The position numbers and the translations under genes were made by a program. This document shows, one piece after another, positions 60,337 to 64,000 of a stretch of DNA of 64,000 nucleotides (position 1 is the stretch's first letter; the number at the start of each line of letters is the position of its first letter). The notes beneath the pieces were generated by a model, which saw only the letters and a list, made by a program, of their open reading frames with translations, was not told where the DNA came from and searched no databases. Location: NCBI GenBank assembly GCA_963749085.1, contig CAVVLG010000003.1, positions 155,380-219,379 on the forward strand, written 5' to 3'. This DNA is from Candidatus Adlerbacteria bacterium (lineage in GTDB: Bacteria > Patescibacteriota > Minisyncoccia > Phycocordibacterales > SBAW01).

Positions 60337-60418
60337 AAGCGTTGCACGAGGAAGCCTTTTCTGCTACTCTAAGGGTGTTCTAGTGCCTATCAATTTTTGT
60401 TATCAAAAGTTTAGTCAA

Positions 60419-60535
60419 TTCCCGTCCCGCTAGCTTCTTATAAACTTTACGAATTTCTCTGTGAACACGGCAGCCATGTTCAGTAGCGCGCACCTCACAG
60501 TAACCGTCTAGTACGGGGGTCTAGCGGTTTGGGAA
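60419..60535 (+). ncRNA. Structured RNA or leader upstream of rny
   Basis: TTCCC..CCGCTAG pairs with CTAGCGG..GGGAA; internal TGAACA/TGTTCA hairpin. Confidence 0.4.
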
Positions 60536-60547
60536 ACCAAATCGCCT

Positions 60548-62077
60548 ATGTCATTAAAACTATTGTTCTCGCTTCTCGGGGCCGCAGCGCTGTTGGGCGC
60601 GGTCATCGGCTACGTGTTCCGCTGGCTTCTGGTCCTGTCGCGCAAAGGCTCCATTGAAGTTGAGATAAAGCAGATACTGCTCGATGCGCGCGAAAAAGCG
60701 GAGAAAATAACCGCCGAGGCGGAGGCCGCGGCGCGAGAAAAACTTGCGCTCGCTGAAATAGACCTCAAAGAAAAAGAGGAAAAAATAACGCGTGCCGAGG
60801 AGCGGGTTTTTAAGCGTGAAGAAGCGCTTGATAAAAAACAAGGGGAGCTCGATTCTGAAATCCAGGCCGTCAAAGGAAAAATAGAGGAAGTGCGGATGAT
60901 AAAAGAAAAGGCCGAGGCACTTTTAAGCGAGCGCTCAAACGAACTCGCCAAGGTCGCGGGGCTCACCAAAGAGCAAGCCAAGCTACAGCTTCTTGCGGAA
61001 CTTGAGCGTGAATCCGGAGAGGACCTTATGATGCGCCTCGCCAAGCTTGAGCGCGACGGGCAGGAGAAACTCGAGCGACGCGCCAAGGAAATAATTACCA
61101 CGGCCATACACCGTCTCGGCAACTCGGTTGCCTCCGACACCATGGCAACGGCAGTTACTATTCCCAATGATGAAATAAAGGGGAAAATAATAGGTAAGGA
61201 GGGCCGCAACATCAAGGCGTTCGAGCGCGCAACCGGAGTAGAGGTCATCATTGACGATACTCCGGGTTCTATCGTCCTTTCCTCCTATGATCCGGTACGC
61301 CGCGCGGTCGCGCGAGTCGCATTGGAGAATTTGATAATCGACGGCCGCATACAGCCTGCCAAAATCGAAGAAGTAGTCGAAAAGGCTAAGAATGAGATAA
61401 ATAAAATAATCAAAGAAAAGGCTGAGGCGGCCGCCTTTGAGGTCGGGGTGCTCAATCTTGACCCGCGGCTTATGCAAATCTTGGGCCGCCTTTACTTCCG
61501 CACTTCCTACGGACAATCAGTGCTCCAACACAGCGTTGAGATGGCACATATCTCCGGCATGATAGCCGAGGAGATAGGTGCCAATCCGGCCGTGGCTCGC
61601 GCGGGGGCACTCCTTCATGACATTGGCAAAGCGCTCGATCACGAGGTCCAGGGAACGCACGTTGAAATTGGCCGCAGGGTTTTGCAGAAATTCGGTGTTT
61701 CGGAGGAAGTGGTCAAGGCAATGCAAGCGCACCATGAAGAATATCCGTATGAGACTGTTGAGAGTGTTATCGTTCAAGTTGCGGATGCAATCTCAGGCGG
61801 CCGCCCCGGTGCACGACGCGACTCGGTTGAAAATTATCTCAAACGACTCGCTGATATCGAGCAGATTGCAAACTCATTTACTGGGGTGGAAAAATCCTAT
61901 GCCATTTCAGCCGGTCGTGAAGTACGTGTGTTCGTCAAACCGGATGAAATGTCGGACTTTGCCGCTCGCGAGCTCGCACGCAATATAGCACTGCGTATCG
62001 AAAATGACCTCAAATACCCAGGGGAGATAAAAGTGTTAGTTATCCGCGAGACTCGCGCTATCGAATTTGCCCGATAA
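60548..62077 (+). CDS. rny: Ribonuclease Y
   Basis: TM, coiled coil, KH (IIGKEGRNI), HD (LLHDIGK). Confidence 0.97.
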   Translation: MSLKLLFSLLGAAALLGAVIGYVFRWLLVLSRKGSIEVEIKQILLDAREKAEKITAEAEAAAREKLALAEIDLKEKEEKITRAEERVFKREEALDKKQGELDSEIQAVKGKIEEVRMIKEKAEALLSERSNELAKVAGLTKEQAKLQLLAELERESGEDLMMRLAKLERDGQEKLERRAKEIITTAIHRLGNSVASDTMATAVTIPNDEIKGKIIGKEGRNIKAFERATGVEVIIDDTPGSIVLSSYDPVRRAVARVALENLIIDGRIQPAKIEEVVEKAKNEINKIIKEKAEAAAFEVGVLNLDPRLMQILGRLYFRTSYGQSVLQHSVEMAHISGMIAEEIGANPAVARAGALLHDIGKALDHEVQGTHVEIGRRVLQKFGVSEEVVKAMQAHHEEYPYETVESVIVQVADAISGGRPGARRDSVENYLKRLADIEQIANSFTGVEKSYAISAGREVRVFVKPDEMSDFAARELARNIALRIENDLKYPGEIKVLVIRETRAIEFAR

Positions 62078-62154
62078 GCTATTTTGGGCTTTCGGTATTT
62101 GCATTCTATCTGCATTAGACGTATGGCCTTTGCAGCTTGGTCTATCGCATAACT

Positions 62155-63007
62155 CTAGAACCAATCTCAAAAATACCGTTGTAGACTAAAGGCACAGGGC
62201 GTTACCCGTAATTTGCCTGCCCATGCCTCTCACCAACGAGCAGTGGAGCGTCATCGCTCCGTTTGTCACACCCCTCAAGCGTTTGGAAACCCGCGGCCGT
62301 CCCCGGCAGGACGACCGCAAGATACTGGAAGGTATCCTCTGGGCACTGAAGACCGGCGCCCAGTGGAAGCACCTGCCGAAAGACTACCCGCCCTACCAGA
62401 CCTGCCATCGCAGGTTCCAGCAGTGGGTGGAGAGCGGCGCCTTTGACCGCATCGTCGAAGCCCTGGCCATGGACATGGAATACCGGGGGCGCATCAAGCT
62501 CAGGAGCTGCTTTCTCGATGCCACCTTCGCGGGGGCAAAAAAGGGGGTCTTGGCGTGGGACCCACGAAGCGTGGGAAAGGCACCAAGATCATGGCGATTG
62601 CGGACGAAGGCTCTCTTCCAGTCGCCGTCTATGTGGCCTCTGCTTCTCCGAGCGAAGTCCGGTTGGTTGAAGACACGCTTGCCCGGCGATTTACCCGACA
62701 GAATCCGCTTCGCCTCACGGCTGACCGAGCATATGATTCCGATCCGCTGGATGGAACGCTCCTGAACAAATACCGCATCAAACTCATTTCACCGCATCGC
62801 AGAGGCCGGGTGCGCAGAGCAACACAGGACGGCAGGGCGCTGCGCTCCTACAAGCGCCGGTGGAAGATTGAGCGGCTGTTCGCGTGGATGCACAACTGGA
62901 GAAAGCTCGTGACTCGCTACGAATACAAACTGCAGAACTTTGCCGCCTTCGTGAAGCTCGCGTGCATCATGCTATTACTCAAACATTATTTTTGAGACTG
63001 GTTCTAG
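62155..63007 (+). mobile_element. IS5-family (IS427-like) insertion sequence
   Basis: TIRs GAACCAATCTCAAAAATA / TATTTTTGAGACTGGTTC, with CTAG at both junctions. Confidence 0.92.
62223..62995 (+). CDS. IS5 transposase split over two frames (-1 slippage at AAAAAAGGGGG, 62537-62547)
   Basis: GRPR.DDR, TGAQW, LDAT | GTK, ADRAYDS, YKRRWKIER. Confidence 0.9.
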
Positions 63008-63016
63008 GAGGCACCC

Positions 63017-63472
63017 GTGGTTCCAGACACCGTCATAGGAGTGGGATTCAGTAATCTATGTGTTCTGAAGGTAAGGGATTTGCTCACCGCGAATGTAGGC
63101 GACCGAGTCCTGGTCACGCCAATCTTTAATGTTCACGACGAACCTCGACCATATGACTTGGGGAAACAGGAGGCTCAAGAAATAGCTGTTAAGTTGTCGA
63201 GGCAATATAAAGCGTCTCTCTCAATTGGAATCATATGCGTAACGTTCCACTCACCGAACCCAAAATTCGTGGGGGCAAAAGTAGACATTGCCACGATCAT
63301 CGAAAGAGGGGTGCTCTTAGAACGCGAGGTACCACTCAACCCCATCTCCTGCAAACGCGCCGCACTTGGTCGATCGATACATGAAGCCCTCTATGCTCAT
63401 GAAGCGGCCGAAACCCTGGTAGAGCTAGTCAAAACTCGTAGACGAGGCCTGCTACTCGAACACATCGGCTAA
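63017..63472 (+). CDS. Hypothetical protein
   Basis: AGGAGG SD adjacent to the IS end; terminator after stop. Confidence 0.5.
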   Translation: MVPDTVIGVGFSNLCVLKVRDLLTANVGDRVLVTPIFNVHDEPRPYDLGKQEAQEIAVKLSRQYKASLSIGIICVTFHSPNPKFVGAKVDIATIIERGVLLEREVPLNPISCKRAALGRSIHEALYAHEAAETLVELVKTRRRGLLLEHIG

Positions 63473-63667
63473 AAAATCCTCAAAAAAGCTCCTTTCTTTG
63501 GGGCTTTTCTTTATATTTTAGGGCTTTATTGGGTAGTAGTAATATTTAGCCTTATTTATCAACATTTTATACACAGGATCAATCTAAGTGGCTCTATTGC
63601 AGGGTTTTTGGCGAGGCGTATACTACCTCCTGCAGGGTTTGAACCATTATTCGTCATTTAAACGCAT

Positions 63668-63940
63668 ATGAATAAACAGGATATAGCGGAAAAAGTGCAC
63701 ACCGTCTTGGGTAGCACCAAGGCCGATGCAGAGCGCGCGGTTGAGGCAATGATAGAGACCATAGTTTCTTCGCTCAAGAAGAACGAAGATGTCTCTATAG
63801 CTGGTCTCGGCATCTTTAAGACCAAAATGCGCGCGGCTCGTACGGCGCGCAATCCGCGCACGGGTGCTTCTGTCCACGTGCCCTCCATGCGCGTGCCGAA
63901 GTTCCAGGCCGCCAAGGCTCTCAAGGAAGCAGTCAGGTAA
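63668..63940 (+). CDS. hup: DNA-binding protein HU
   Basis: MNKQDI, ARTARNPRTG, PKF. Confidence 0.96.
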   Translation: MNKQDIAEKVHTVLGSTKADAERAVEAMIETIVSSLKKNEDVSIAGLGIFKTKMRAARTARNPRTGASVHVPSMRVPKFQAAKALKEAVR

Positions 63941-64000
63941 GTTTTAAGTATCCTCTCGAAACGAAAGGGTCCCCCACGGGGGATTTTTTCGTTTGTGGTG

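Noticed and set aside
1-64000. Alternative genetic code (UGA read as Gly)
   Set aside because: Conserved genes are full length under code 11, and several end in TGA (recG, adk, rplD).

Overview
This window comes from a reduced CPR/Patescibacteria genome, probably Parcubacteria: L30 is missing between S5 and L15, there is a tRNA-Ile(UAU), and many genes look leaderless. Most of it is housekeeping: the str-S10-spc ribosomal cluster, infC-rpmI-rplT, ftsH, smpB plus tmRNA, recG, recJ, rnhA, pgk, tpiA, nusA, tig, clpP, rny and hup, along with an IS200 and an IS5-family element. The main oddity lies inside the spc operon, between rplE and rpsN. An effector-less cas1-cas2 pair is followed 17 bp later by a 38-bp sequence whose identical second copy lies 4.24 kb away. 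The two copies bracket foreign-looking, gene-bearing DNA that is cut mid-gene at one repeat, like a CRISPR unit with a kilobase-sized spacer. A second oddity is an integrase-less tandem array of small gene cassettes behind tmRNA, delimited by repeated arms and sites that mimic the tmRNA 3' end. Also seen are a compact 6S-like RNA, a frameshifted alphaproteobacterial-type usg gene and an S12 with a K42R substitution. All calls come from reading the sequence by eye; no searches were run.
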